The notes beneath the pieces were generated by a model that was not told where the DNA came from, searched no databases, and saw only the letters and a list, made by a program, of their open reading frames with translations. From assembly GCF_022539665.2 (NCBI RefSeq), contig NC_081331.1, positions 8,370,001 through 8,434,000 on the forward strand: a stretch of DNA of 64,000 nt. The letters are read 5' to 3'. The first letter of the stretch is position 1. Each line of letters opens with the position of its first letter. This stretch comes from Daphnia carinata (Eukaryota). A program made the position numbers and the translations under genes. Positions 1 to 11,612 of this stretch are shown piece after piece.

Positions 1-747
1 ATGCAATACACTGCATCTCTAGAACTTAACATGCGTAGTTCTAGCTCTCTCCAATTCAAACGATACCCCCGCCCTAGTATGCTTCACGGTAAAACTACAG
101 AAAACAACAGAGTCGAGGGTGGACGCCACTGGAACGCTGGGCAATTGAAACAAAGATTCTACCACTCGAAGTTTGACAAGGGGCTTAGTTAAAAAAAATT
201 TGAGATAACAGAAATTAGGGTTGTTTATTTTTAGTAAAAAAAATTAGAGGCTTTAGATTCTAAACGTTTTTGAGTTATCCCAAATAGTTTTCTTTTAGGT
301 CGATTTTTAATTTTTGCCCAGACAACTTTTTCATTTTAACCCCTTCAACGATGGAGAAATTTATTTTTGAAAAGTCTTCAATCATTCCTAGTTCATTGAA
401 CTGCAAACTGATCACACTATTTTTTTCCTAGCTTTTTTTATACTCTATAAACAATTAATTTTCGTGAAGACCCATGCTTGGGGCAGAGTCATAGAGAATA
501 TGGTAGATGATCTGCATGTTAAAAGTCCCATAAGGAATTTCTGGAAAGTGTACCCGAGTTTCACGATTCCTCCCAACCACCCTCCAACCACCCCACCCGC
601 TTGAGAGCCAATGAAAACCGGTCCCGTGCAAAAAACCCTGCCACCTACGTACTAAATGTTTAACTGAATAATGAAATTCTCATTCCGCCATTGTAAAAAC
701 CCAGAAAGCACATTGTTTCCAAATAAGGTAGGGGCTGTGTGAGTAAA

Positions 748-1271
748 ATGCCCAAGAAAAACAGGAAGAGATGCATTTTTCCTCATTGTAATTCTAATTA
801 CAATAAGGAAAATAAATTTCAAATTACTTTTTTCCAACCACCAACAGACTCGTTAGAAATCTGGAAAAGTATCATTGGTAAATCTCAATTGACTTGCCGT
901 TCAACTGTCAGTTGTAAACACTTTCACGAAGCTGACATCATCAAGGGAAGAATCGTTCAAGATAAATTTTACCCTTACCCAAGATGGAGATTGAGGAAGG
1001 GTGCTGTGCCCATAAAACAAGGTAAATATTATCCTGATAAATATGTGAACTGTAATGATTTTATATTCATTGTTCATTCATGTGTTAAGTAGGAAACACC
1101 GATGAAGTCGCACCAAGTGAAATTCCAAATTTGATGGAAAAGACAGGTATGTAAAATGTATAGTATTATGTGTCTTATTTAAATCATTACACTCAATCTT
1201 CATTTATATTCACAGATTATAAATATTCAAAGATTGCGAACGAAAGGCTTCAACTATCAAGGCTTTGCTAA
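748..1271 (+). CDS. THAP zinc-finger protein (transposase N-terminus), predicted spliced 127 aa
   Basis: C2CH THAP pattern CIFPHC...W...VSCKHF...LRKGAVP. Predicted exons 748-1021, 1093-1146, 1216-1271 with GT-AG introns; frame closes at TAA 1269-1271. Confidence 0.7.
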
Positions 1272-1792
1272 AGGACGAGTTATTTGAAGAATTGTCGATA
1301 AGATATGTTGATGAATTGTCAAAAGATCAATTTTGTGATGCGACTAAGAACAAAATAATATACGACTTGGCCGGTTATGTAATGCACACTCGGGACCAAT
1401 TAACGGTTTGTAAAGAATGTTACGCATCAGCCATTAGTGATGAGGAAAATTTACTGGATGACTTTATTGCCAAAGATTATACCGCTTTCCGCTCAAGGGG
1501 CGGCCTGTGTTTTGTTACTATTCTCGTTTATGAAACCATTCGCGAAGTTGAAAAAGTGGTATCGTTTCACTTTGAAGATGACAATCACTATTTAGTGCGG
1601 GACAGCTATGATATTTGTATGTCTAAAATTAAGTTACTATCCCTCCGTCCATTCTTCTGTGATTCCCATCGGCAAGAGTCATTCCCATTTTTCATTATGG
1701 AATATGTAAATGTAAGATATCATTTGGAGGCAAAACGATTTAAAGATAGAATCCTGTCAAAAGATGATAGTAATGTAAAAAAAAAATTTTAG
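1265..1792 (+). pseudogene. P-element transposase C-terminal region, out of frame with the THAP exons
   Basis: YDLAGYV...CKEC...RGGL...CDSH pattern typical of P/THAP9-type transposase C-termini; lies inside the TIRs. Confidence 0.65.
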
Positions 1793-2490
1793 TTGGCCAA
1801 ACTCGGTTAGTTTAATACAAAATAGAAAACAAGCTGTTGCATGTTTTAAAAGTTCCCGTTAACCATCTACGATACGAATATTCAATATCTTGTATGTTTG
1901 GACTTCGTTCTTTTTTGCTGGTTAATCATGTACAGTTCACAATTCTGCCACTAGAGGGCAGTGTTTTTTGCACGGCACATCGTGTGTCTTGGGGACCCTG
2001 CCTTATGGGAAGTTATAACATGGAGATCATGTACCATACTCTCTATGACTCTGGCTTGGGGTAAATGAAACATCTTATTTCAATTGCCACTTTCCGCATG
2101 CGCGTCCTCTTTCCTGCAATTTGGCAACATGGATCCAGCTGTAGCAGATAATTAGCATAATACTTCTGTAAAATTTCCTATTTTTGATAAATACTGTCGG
2201 GTGGTTGGCTTGTATATATCGTCGGCATTTTTTTCTATTTTTTAGACGTTACCAACGTTACGTTGATTAAACTAAGTAAATATTAAAATTCAATTATTTT
2301 CTTTAAAAACAGTTAGATATACAGTACCCGCCCTTAGTATCCGAACACCAAGGGTTTTTGGGGCTTTTTTACACGGTGTCTTATGGCGGTAGGGTCCCTA
2401 GCGCAAAGGCAAAAAAGGGTCAGTAAAAATGACGATAAAAAAATAAAATTTAGTCCTGATGTTAATTAAATAATGGGCTATCCAGCACTA

Positions 2491-2875
2491 TTTTTTTAAA
2501 TTTTTTATCTATAAGACTTTTTGACTTGCATGCTAGTCATATATTATCTGAACACCGCGTTGAGCTTATAGAATGTCTTATGACACTACCTCATTTTTTT
2601 GAAAATTTTTTTTAATACAAGGAAATGTTTTATAGACGTCGCAATTACATTAATCGATGGATATTCATTAAACTATATTATAAAAATATTAAAGAAGGTA
2701 CTAATTCAACGTAAAAGCAAACAGAAATGCGCCTGCTTTTACAGAAAACTGTGTTAGCTGTCTGAAAAAGCGTAATGAGTTCAGCGCCTCAAGTGGGAAC
2801 AAGATAAAGTGGGATCAGATAATATATGACTAGCATGCAAGTCAAAAAGTCTTATAGATAAAAAATTTAAAAAAA
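2491..2875. repeat. 61-bp perfect inverted repeat (2491-2551 / 2815-2875), MITE-like or fold-back
   Basis: TTTTTTTAAATTTTTTATCTATAAGACTTTTTGACTTGCATGCTAGTCATATATTATCTGA and its exact reverse complement. Confidence 0.8.
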
Positions 2876-4421
2876 TCTTTAAAAACAGTTAGATATATAT
2901 TTTAACATGCAATATATGTTATTAAAAAATTTAGTCTTCATATTAGCAACCGTTCTCTTATTTTAGTGCCGATTATGAAGCTAATTTACAAAATTACCAA
3001 AATTCCTAATATAATATTTAGTTCCAACAGAAAGACCTAAAATATCTTTAAAAATCTAGAATAATTTTTTTATATTGTTGTAAAAATTTTATAGAAATAC
3101 GTATCTACATTCTGAGATATCGTCATTTTAGTTTCATTCTAAAAACGCGAGCTTCCGTATGAGAAAAACCAGGTCTAAACTGCCTATGGTATTTAATAGC
3201 TGTAGCGAACCAGTTTGTTCAATGAAGACAGAGGAAGGTCCAAAGCACTTCTTGTATTTGCACTTAGATGCTGGGCATATATAACAAAAGAATCACGCAA
3301 CAGTTTTGGAAAACTACGGGAGCACTATTCCGAGTACACCAATTAGTAGAGGCTATTGTGAGAGTGACCTTGCTGATAGGCTGAGGGCATCCTTATATGC
3401 CCTAACATACGCGCCATCCAGTGGCAGTTCTAGGTTACAAGTATTCTTCTGGTGGCGTTGGTTGCCACATGCCCAAACGCTTGTTTCAATTGCTCAGAAG
3501 GATTGTCAATTGAAACATATGAAGGACCTCCAGTTTTTCATCCATAACAGTGGTTCAATTGTGCCAACCACCCTCCTCCCTCCAAAAAAACATGTAGCTT
3601 AGATAACAAGCTACAAATCTCTATATTTTGTAAATTAGTTGGACGATTTTTTACTCATAGGGAACAAAAATTTAGTTTTTTGTTCCAACCACCCCCTCTC
3701 TCCCCTACTAAGGAAAAACGACGAAAAATGTAGAACTTTGGACCCTTCATTCGAGCACTGTTTCAATTAAAATAATAAAAATATAAATTTTAGATTCATT
3801 TTAAGATAAGGAATGTTAATATGCATTTCAAGAATTCAATATGATTATCAATAATTAAATTTTAGTTATAACATCCTGCATAAAATACTGGAAGTTGCTG
3901 ACGCGATAGAGGGAAAATTCACACGAATATTATGAAAACGCATTGATATTTAGTGAAATCTTTTCTGTCTTTTTGTAAAATGAAAAAAAAATTATTAAGA
4001 TAGACAAGTTGTATTGCTTAAAATACAAATAGAAATAAACAAAACAAACAAAAAGGTTTCATAATAATAACAAAAGATGGCGTTGACATTAGGCAACTGC
4101 CATAAAGAAAATAACGGTACGATTATGAAATTTCGATTTTGAATTTTAGAGCCGTCTATTGAAAGAACGTTGAATGGAATTGAATGGTTAGATCGGACAT
4201 CGATCTGATTTTCCCTGCCAGACGATCCGATCTAGGCGACACGATCGGATCCTTTAACAGTTGTAGTTTGCGTCTTGTGAAGCTTTCTTACAGCTGATGC
4301 AAGCAGACGACGTTAGTTCTGCGTTGTGCCATGATGGGACCATTTAAACAAGTCGGTCGTAGATCTTAGTCAATAAGTTTGTTGTAGATTCCCATTAGGC
4401 TACCACTTCTGCCAATTGATC

Positions 4422-7400
4422 ATGAGGCAGTTTAATAGTAAAAAAATAAGTGAATTGCAAAACAATCCATCACGTATAAGGAATATCTGGTAAATTTTTT
4501 ACGCAGCCGTCTTTTTAATTTTCATGTAACTTTCAAAATTTTTACGCAGTATTGTGGCACATGTTGATCATGGAAAAACAACGCTAGCAGACTCTCTTGT
4601 TGCAAGCAATGGCATCATTTCACAGAAATTAGTAGGCAAATTGAGGTACATAATTATTTCAGTAACTTTCATTAATGGAATCAATTTTAATAATGCAACT
4701 GTGAACCGATGACATCATAGCAACGAGTATCAAGAAGGATATTCATGAATTTTTTCTTGTTTTGTCTTTCTATTAATCATTATAAAAAATAATTTTAGGT
4801 ATATGGATAGTAGAAAAGATGAACAGGAAAGAGGAATAACCATGAAAAGCAGTAGTATTTCATTATCACATACATACAACAACGAAGAATTCCTGGTCAA
4901 CCTAATTGATTCACCTGGACATGTGGATTTCTCTTCAGAGGTTTCCACTGCAGTGAGGTAGAATTATTCAAAATATACCCGAGTTTCCTTTTCAATAGAG
5001 CTATACTTTAAATTTCCTTGCTTGAAGGTTATGTGATGGTGCAATAGTTGTTGTCGACGTAGTAGAAGGTGTCTGCGCCCAAACCAAAGTTGTGCTTAAG
5101 CAAGTATGGCTTGAACACATACAACCAGTCCTTGTATTAAACAAGATTGATCGTTTAGTAATTGAAATGAAAATGCAACGTAAGGATAAAGATTGTCTTG
5201 AAAAACTAGGTGCCTTAAACAAATCCTTTGTTCTTAGCATTAGATGCCTACATCCGAATGGTGCAACTGCTCGAACAAGTAAATGCTCAAGTTGCTGAAC
5301 TTTTTACTATTGATGTGATGAGCAAGAAAGAAAAAAACACCGATAGCAGTTCAGGCTTGGATGAAGCAGATGATTCTAACATTTATTTTACTCCAGAGCA
5401 AGGCAATGTTGTCTTTGCCAGCGCTGCAGATGGTTGGGGATTCTCGTAGGTTTTCATAAAAGCAATAGTTTCTGAATTTTTTTAAATATAGAATAATTGT
5501 TCCTTTATCTGTGTAGATTACAAGATTTTGCGCGCATGTTTTCTTCGAAGCTAGGACTTCGTGAAGAAGAACTCCAGCGTTCGCTGTGGGGTGATTATTA
5601 TTTCAACACAAAAACAAAAGCCGTTACGGCTGGGGCACAAGAGAAAGCCAAGAAGCCGCTGTTTGTTCAAGTTGTGTTAGAAAACCTATGGTCTGTATAC
5701 GACTCGGTTGTCATCCGTAAAGACAAACTTATGACGGAAAAGATTGTTCAAAATCTGCAGCTGCAAATAAACCCTCGAGATCTCAAGCATTCTGATCCCA
5801 AAGTCCAAATTCACGCTATACTTAACAAGTGGCTTCCACTGTCGGACACGGTGCTTCGTAAGTGGAATTTGCACCTTCTCTATTGAATCGTTCTTTGATT
5901 ATCGAAGCATTTTTTTTTATTTTGTAAAGGTATGGTTTGCGAAAAATTACCGTGCCCATCTCAGATGAGTGAAGCAAGGGCTGAAAAATTGATGTCTTCC
6001 CTGTCGAAACCATTTGAATTACTTCCAGAAGCTACACAACAGTTGAAAACAGCCTTCGTTGCATGCTCTCCTTCCGATGATGCACCAACCATTGCTTTTG
6101 TTTCCAAAATGATGGTGGTAAGATTTTAACTAAATAACTGTACATCCCTAGAAACAATTAGTGCTGTAACAATGTCATCTTTCATTATTTTTGAATGATA
6201 AAGAAAACTGTCTTACTTAAAAATTCCATAAAAATGAACGAGCTGTTGTTTTAGGTGGATCGTCATTGCTTGCCGAAAAATAAAGTTCGAATGTTGAGCA
6301 GCGAGGATATTGCCCTTCGTCGCCAACAAGTAAGGGAAAAACTCGCTCAGTTTACTCTGAAACGAGAGCAAGGAGACAACGTTGTAGTTCAAGAACAACA
6401 AGTGAAATCGGGAGATGTCTACGAAGATGGTCCGATATTTTTGGCATTCGCCCGTGTTTTTAGTGGGACATTGAAACGGGGACAGGAGTTGTACGTGTTG
6501 GGACCGAAATATGATCCCGGTGATATAAAAAATAATTCTATTGAACCGAACGTTACTTTAAAAGTAAGTTTTGTTTTAGAAATACAACAGAATATCTAAT
6601 TGCTTGTTTCGTTTACGAATATAGGATTTGAAAGCGGGCCAACATGTTACACGTGCGAAAATGGGTGACTTGTACGTGCTAATGGGCCGAGAATTGGAAT
6701 GTTTAGAGAGCGTTCCCGCTGGAAATGTAGTAGGAATTGGTGGTTTAGAAGAGCATATCCTTAAATCGGGAACGCTTAGCTCCTCCCTGGCATGCCCATC
6801 ATTTACAGAATTTTCTCAGATGGTTATGCCTATTGTACGTGTCGCAGTAGAACCTGCCCGCCCCTGTGAAATGCCGGAACTTATTAAGGGTCTTAAACTA
6901 TTGAACCAAGCTGACCCCTGCGTTCAGGTAAGAGTTTTATTTCTGTACCACGATGGTTATATCTGCCTTCTATAGATTAATTATTGAAGGTGGTTCTCCA
7001 AGAAAGCGGGGAGCACGTCCTCGTAACAGCTGGTGAGGTACATTTGCAGCGATGCCTTCAAGATCTAGAGGAATGCTACGCGAAAATCCAAATTAATGCA
7101 TCACAGCCCATAGTTCCCTTTCGTGAGACTATTATGGCACCATTGGAACCCATTTCAACCGATAACGCTGGGCGCGTCCAGATAGAAACTCCAGGCAAAC
7201 GGTTGTCAATGCGTCTTCGAGCTGTTTCTCTTCCCGAGGAAATCACTAACGTTTTGGAGAAAAATGTGGACGTAATCAAAACTATGCTTCAAAGTCAATG
7301 CCCCGGTCATCTAGAACCAACAGAAGAAATTAAAACAAGCCAAAAAATCAGTTTACAGTGGCAAAGTAAAGTTTTCAAATTACATCATCAATTGAATCAT

Positions 7401-9019
7401 GCTTTCGGAGTGAATGGTTGGGGAGATAATGCAGCGGATAGGATTCTGAGTTTTGGTCCTCGTCGATGTGGACCCAACGTTCTACTGAATTACACACCAC
7501 TAACCCTCCCCTCCCCATGGAATAAAAACCCAACTCACGCTGTGTTCGAACGGACTACTTTGGAGTGTCTCAATAGCATTATCAACGGGTTTCAGTTAGC
7601 CACCTTAGCTGGTCCAATCTGTGAGGAACCTTTACATGGAGTGGCGTTCATCATAGAAGATATAGCTATTGCGGTCGATCAGCTAGCTCCGTTATCCCAT
7701 GGAGAAGATGGAGATAACAATAATAGCGGACAGCATCAACAACAGTGCCGTTCGTTTAGCGGCCAGATTATGTCTGCTGTCAAAGATGGTTGTCGGCGAT
7801 CATTTACGAATCAGCCTCAACGGCTCATGGCTGCCATGTACAACTGCTCGATACAAGTGAGCGGCGAAGTTGTTGGTAAGTAAACTCAATGGATTGAACC
7901 CAGTGCGTTGCGCTTATAAGTTTAAAACAAATAAGCATCTTGTGTTGGCAAACTTCCTAAAAGTCAAGTAAAGAAGACTAACCTAATGAAGGGGATCTGA
8001 TTTTTAAAAGTATTTTGTGACCGCTTTAGTAGCAAATCGTGAACAACACGAGGAAATCGAATGTGGCAACCATTCCCACGCGATAATAGACAGACGTGGT
8101 AAGAAATGTAGGACCATAGCCACTAAAGGATGGAAAATGAATTTTCGATTCTAGGTGTGGTTGTTATTAAAATATTTTAGCAGTGTGTAGAAGTATGACG
8201 AATATTTCTATAGCAAAAACATTTGTGTGAGTTCCACTTGTCCAATAATCATCTGATTTGTAACTATTTCAAAGATATTTGCAGAATTTAAAATTTTCTT
8301 GTAATTTTAGGTAAAATCTATGCAATCCTCAGTAGACGTCACGGCAAAATTTTGGAAGGAGACTTGGAGGAAGGATCAGCCTCTTTTAGTATTGCCGCTG
8401 TTTTACCAGTTGTCGAGTCCTTTGATCTAGCCAACGAGATACGAAAGCAAACATCCGGTCTAGCCAGTCACCAGCTAACTTTCAGCCATTGGGAGGTACA
8501 GTCACAATTTTTGATTGTATGGGTTTTTTTTTTCATAGCTTGTTGTATAGTATAAAATTTGGTTGTTTCAAAAGAAATTTTATTTAATTGAAAATGTGAA
8601 GCAGATAACCGAAAACCGGTGCATTAATATCCGCCATAGTTTCTTATCTGATTATTTTGGCCAAACTAAATATTTTCTCCTTTCCATCACCTCCAACAAT
8701 GGGGGAATCTTACAGATCCTTTCTAGATCATTATTTATGTGTTATTGGAACAAGCAACCTGTATTCAGAAGTTTGCCGTAGGCTTTAAGTTTGCAGTAAT
8801 TTTTATATTAGATTTTTTTATTTTTCTTAGATAATCGATATTGATCCATTTTGGGTTCCAACGACCGAGGAAGAACTCGAACTTTATGGTGATAAAGGTG
8901 ATTCCATCAATCGTGCACATGTTTATATGAACTCAGTCCGGCGCCGGAAAGGTCTGGCGGTGTCTGAAAAGGTTGTCGAATTTGCTGAAAAACAACGCAC
9001 CCTTTCACGAAAAGTTTGA
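4422..9019 (+). CDS. EFL1: Elongation factor-like GTPase 1 (EFL1/EFTUD1/Ria1; 60S maturation, eIF6 release)
   Basis: Exons 4422-4489, 4550-4645, 4799-4957, 5028-5179, 5238-5445, 5517-5857, 5930-6117, 6255-6563, 6625-6927, 6990-7875, 8311-8495, 8831-9019, all GT-AG. Motifs [28 protein letters not shown]1-type C-terminus [11 protein letters not shown]...RRRKGL...AEKQRTL. Confidence 0.95.
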
Positions 9020-10512
9020 TTCTGAACTGTATATTGTCTTCTTTCGTTTGATCTTTTGATATTTGCTTATTGTTACATACGGATAATACATTTTTGGGGA
9101 AATTTTCTTTCGTTTTGTTCACGCCTTCCGTTCGTTAAGAACTTTATGCTAGTAGTTAGAACACAGTAATAAAATTTTTCTTTAGTTTTATTTCTGTGGA
9201 TGGGGACATTGAACATGGGAGGTGTTACGCCAGACCGGGTAAAATATACATATGCGCCTAATTTCTCAATAAATACAAGTAAGGGACAACGGATCCATCT
9301 GGAGACTCCGGTTGTCCCATTTTACCTTCTATCCCAACACAGCAATAATCATTTTTTTTTTCAGTCATTCCGTATCCTTTGACTTACCGCCTAAATTTTT
9401 TTACTGTTAATCTAGGGAAAATTCAAAAGTTATTGATACTTCAGTAGGTCTTTTTTTTTGTGCATGTCGGACTGGGTTTTAAGGGACGATAGACCAAAAT
9501 AAAAAAATTTATAGACATAAGTTTTAATATAATAATAGCAAAAACCAAATATAGTATTTTCATATGCTGAAAAAAAATCCAATGGACCGGTTTCTGATGT
9601 TGTGTCGAAAACTTCTTAATTGTTTGTGTACTACACAATCTAGGCAGCTCACACGCAAGGAAAACGACTAGATTTTATTGAGCATTTTCCGGATATTATC
9701 AGATTTAATAAGTTATTTTTAGTTGAATTACGAATTTTCCCTTTTACTCTAAATAGGGTCCATTATATTCGTCATGAACATTTCAATCTAATTGTTTTTG
9801 TTAGTTCGTTTTCTTATTTATGTGCATTCAGTCATCGTCGTTAATTCTCAGGATCTACCTTTCACACGACTAATATCCAGATGGCAAAACTGGGAAATCG
9901 ATATGGAATCCATTGAAATAGATGCATGCATATTAAAATAGAAGATTGTAGTGATAACGATATTGAAGCTATGATAGCACAAGTATGACAAATTTCAAAC
10001 TGAAAACTAATAATTGATTGATGGTTTTACATTACAACTTAGAAGTTGACGTAAATATTGAAAATTTGTCTTTTCATTCTATAGTAAGCAAACTTATTTT
10101 ACCATGTAGATTCATTTTCTGGAAGAGACACGCAAGAGTGAAGTTTTGCAAGATTTATAATGACAAATCTGATGATGACGTTAAGCCTTTTTGCAAGAAT
10201 AATTCCAATTGCAGATGATGAAAATGGCTCTAGTAGTGCTCATCCAAAATTCTTTTCTGGAAAATAACGCCGAAGAACCTGGAACTGTGCTTTCTTTTTT
10301 GGATGATGAAAAAAAATCCATTTCAATGGTGAAAAAAGGCCCTTCTTGAACGAACGACTGTGAAACAGAAGAACTACAAATGTCTGTCAACAAACTTTAA
10401 GTGTAGCAAATCTCTTCCAAAATATTGCTTGTAAAATACACGTTGTTAAATCCGTTATCTGCAAACTTCAATTTACCGTGATAAATTTTATTTAAAATTT
10501 ACTATTCACTAA

Positions 10513-11033
10513 TAGGGCTCGGCCCCGATCGTCTTTGATCGGGGCAAACCGCGGTTTTGCATTTAAAAATCGTCAAACCGTCGGTTCGGTTTGGTCATTT
10601 TTTACTGCGGTTCGGTTTTCGGTTTGCAGCTGGGCAAAACCGGTTTGAACCACCATTAAAATTTTTTTTTTTATTTTGCTGAAATTCCAAATCAAGTAAT
10701 TATCACTAATTGTTGTGAGCGTAATGGCGATCGGCAACTTGTAAATCAAATTTCCGATCAGACTTGTAGGCATCGCGATCGAAAGTTCGTCGATCCTTCC
10801 GCCATCTAGCGACAAAATCTGTTACTGATGTTATTGTCCTATGCAAACCGCAAATCCGTCGTGCAAACCGTAAAACCGCGGTGCAGTAAAACCGCGATAC
10901 AAACCATTAAACCGCGGTTCAATCGGTTTGAAAAAAACGCCAAACCGAACCGCACCGGTTTGTCCTTTTTAAAAAAAAAACCCACGCGGGTCCCGGCCAA
11001 AATCGTACCCGATCGTCGCGGGGCCGAGCCCTA
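10513..11033. mobile_element. Non-autonomous hAT-type MITE
   Basis: 14-bp TIR TAGGGCTCGGCCCC / GGGGCCGAGCCCTA; 8-bp TSD TTCACTAA (10505-10512, 11034-11041); many subterminal CGGTTT (left) and AAACCG (right) motifs. Confidence 0.9.
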
Positions 11034-11234
11034 TTCACTAATTGTGAATGCAAGTTGAGTGAATGTAGGTTAGAACAGGCTTCGTATTGCGTGTTTACAT
11101 TGTAGTGTTGTAGTAAACGGAAGTTGTCTAGTACATCTTTGAACATCGTCCAAGTTTTCAACAATCCTTTGTCATTTAAATCCCATCTGGCTATGCATTT
11201 TTTAAAGTGCGAAAGTTCGCTGGTTACTATGAGT

Positions 11235-11242
11235 TATAAAAG
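11235..11242 (+). promoter_or_regulatory. Candidate TATA box for the NACHT gene
   Basis: TATAAAAG ~380 bp upstream of ATG 11613; motif match only. Confidence 0.3.
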
Positions 11243-11612
11243 AAAACAACACAGCTTCAACTAGTTAAAGACTTGCAAAGCCATTACGCAGCTCACGACC
11301 TTGTTTCAGGACAAGTTAACGCCCACTGATCGTCGGTGACATCATCCAAGGCCATCGTTACACGTCACTCTTTTTACTACGTCACACACGTACATCACAT
11401 GCAATGCTAACTAGCTGTGTAGATGAACAAGTCCAAAACTACACAACCATCAACATGTTTCGATTCAAGTTCTTTGATTCAATCTTACATCAGTTTGAAA
11501 TTTGAACAACTTGACTCAAAATACTCCTTTGATTCCATCAGTTTTACTTAGCGCGATAAACATCCTCCCGCCACACCAAAAAAACTTAGCGAGGCAGAAG
11601 AAAGCACGGCAA

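Larger units (their letters stand above)
484..2053 (+). mobile_element. Internally deleted P-element-superfamily DNA transposon (THAP domain)
   Basis: ~52-bp imperfect TIRs (CAGAGTCATAGAGAATATGGTAG... at 484; ...GTACCATACTCTCTATGACTCTG ending 2053), CA..TG ends, 8-bp TSD GCTTGGGG at 476-483 and 2054-2061. Encodes THAP and a transposase C-terminal part but no catalytic core. Confidence 0.9.

Noticed and set aside
4189..4252. GATCGGA/TCCGATC inverted repeats upstream of EFL1
   Set aside because: Short, no exact DRE (TATCGATA) match; could be promoter elements but unsupported.
9283..9318. Small hairpin GGGACAACGGA...TCCGGTTGTCCC after EFL1
   Set aside because: No TSD, partner end or RNA-family features found.
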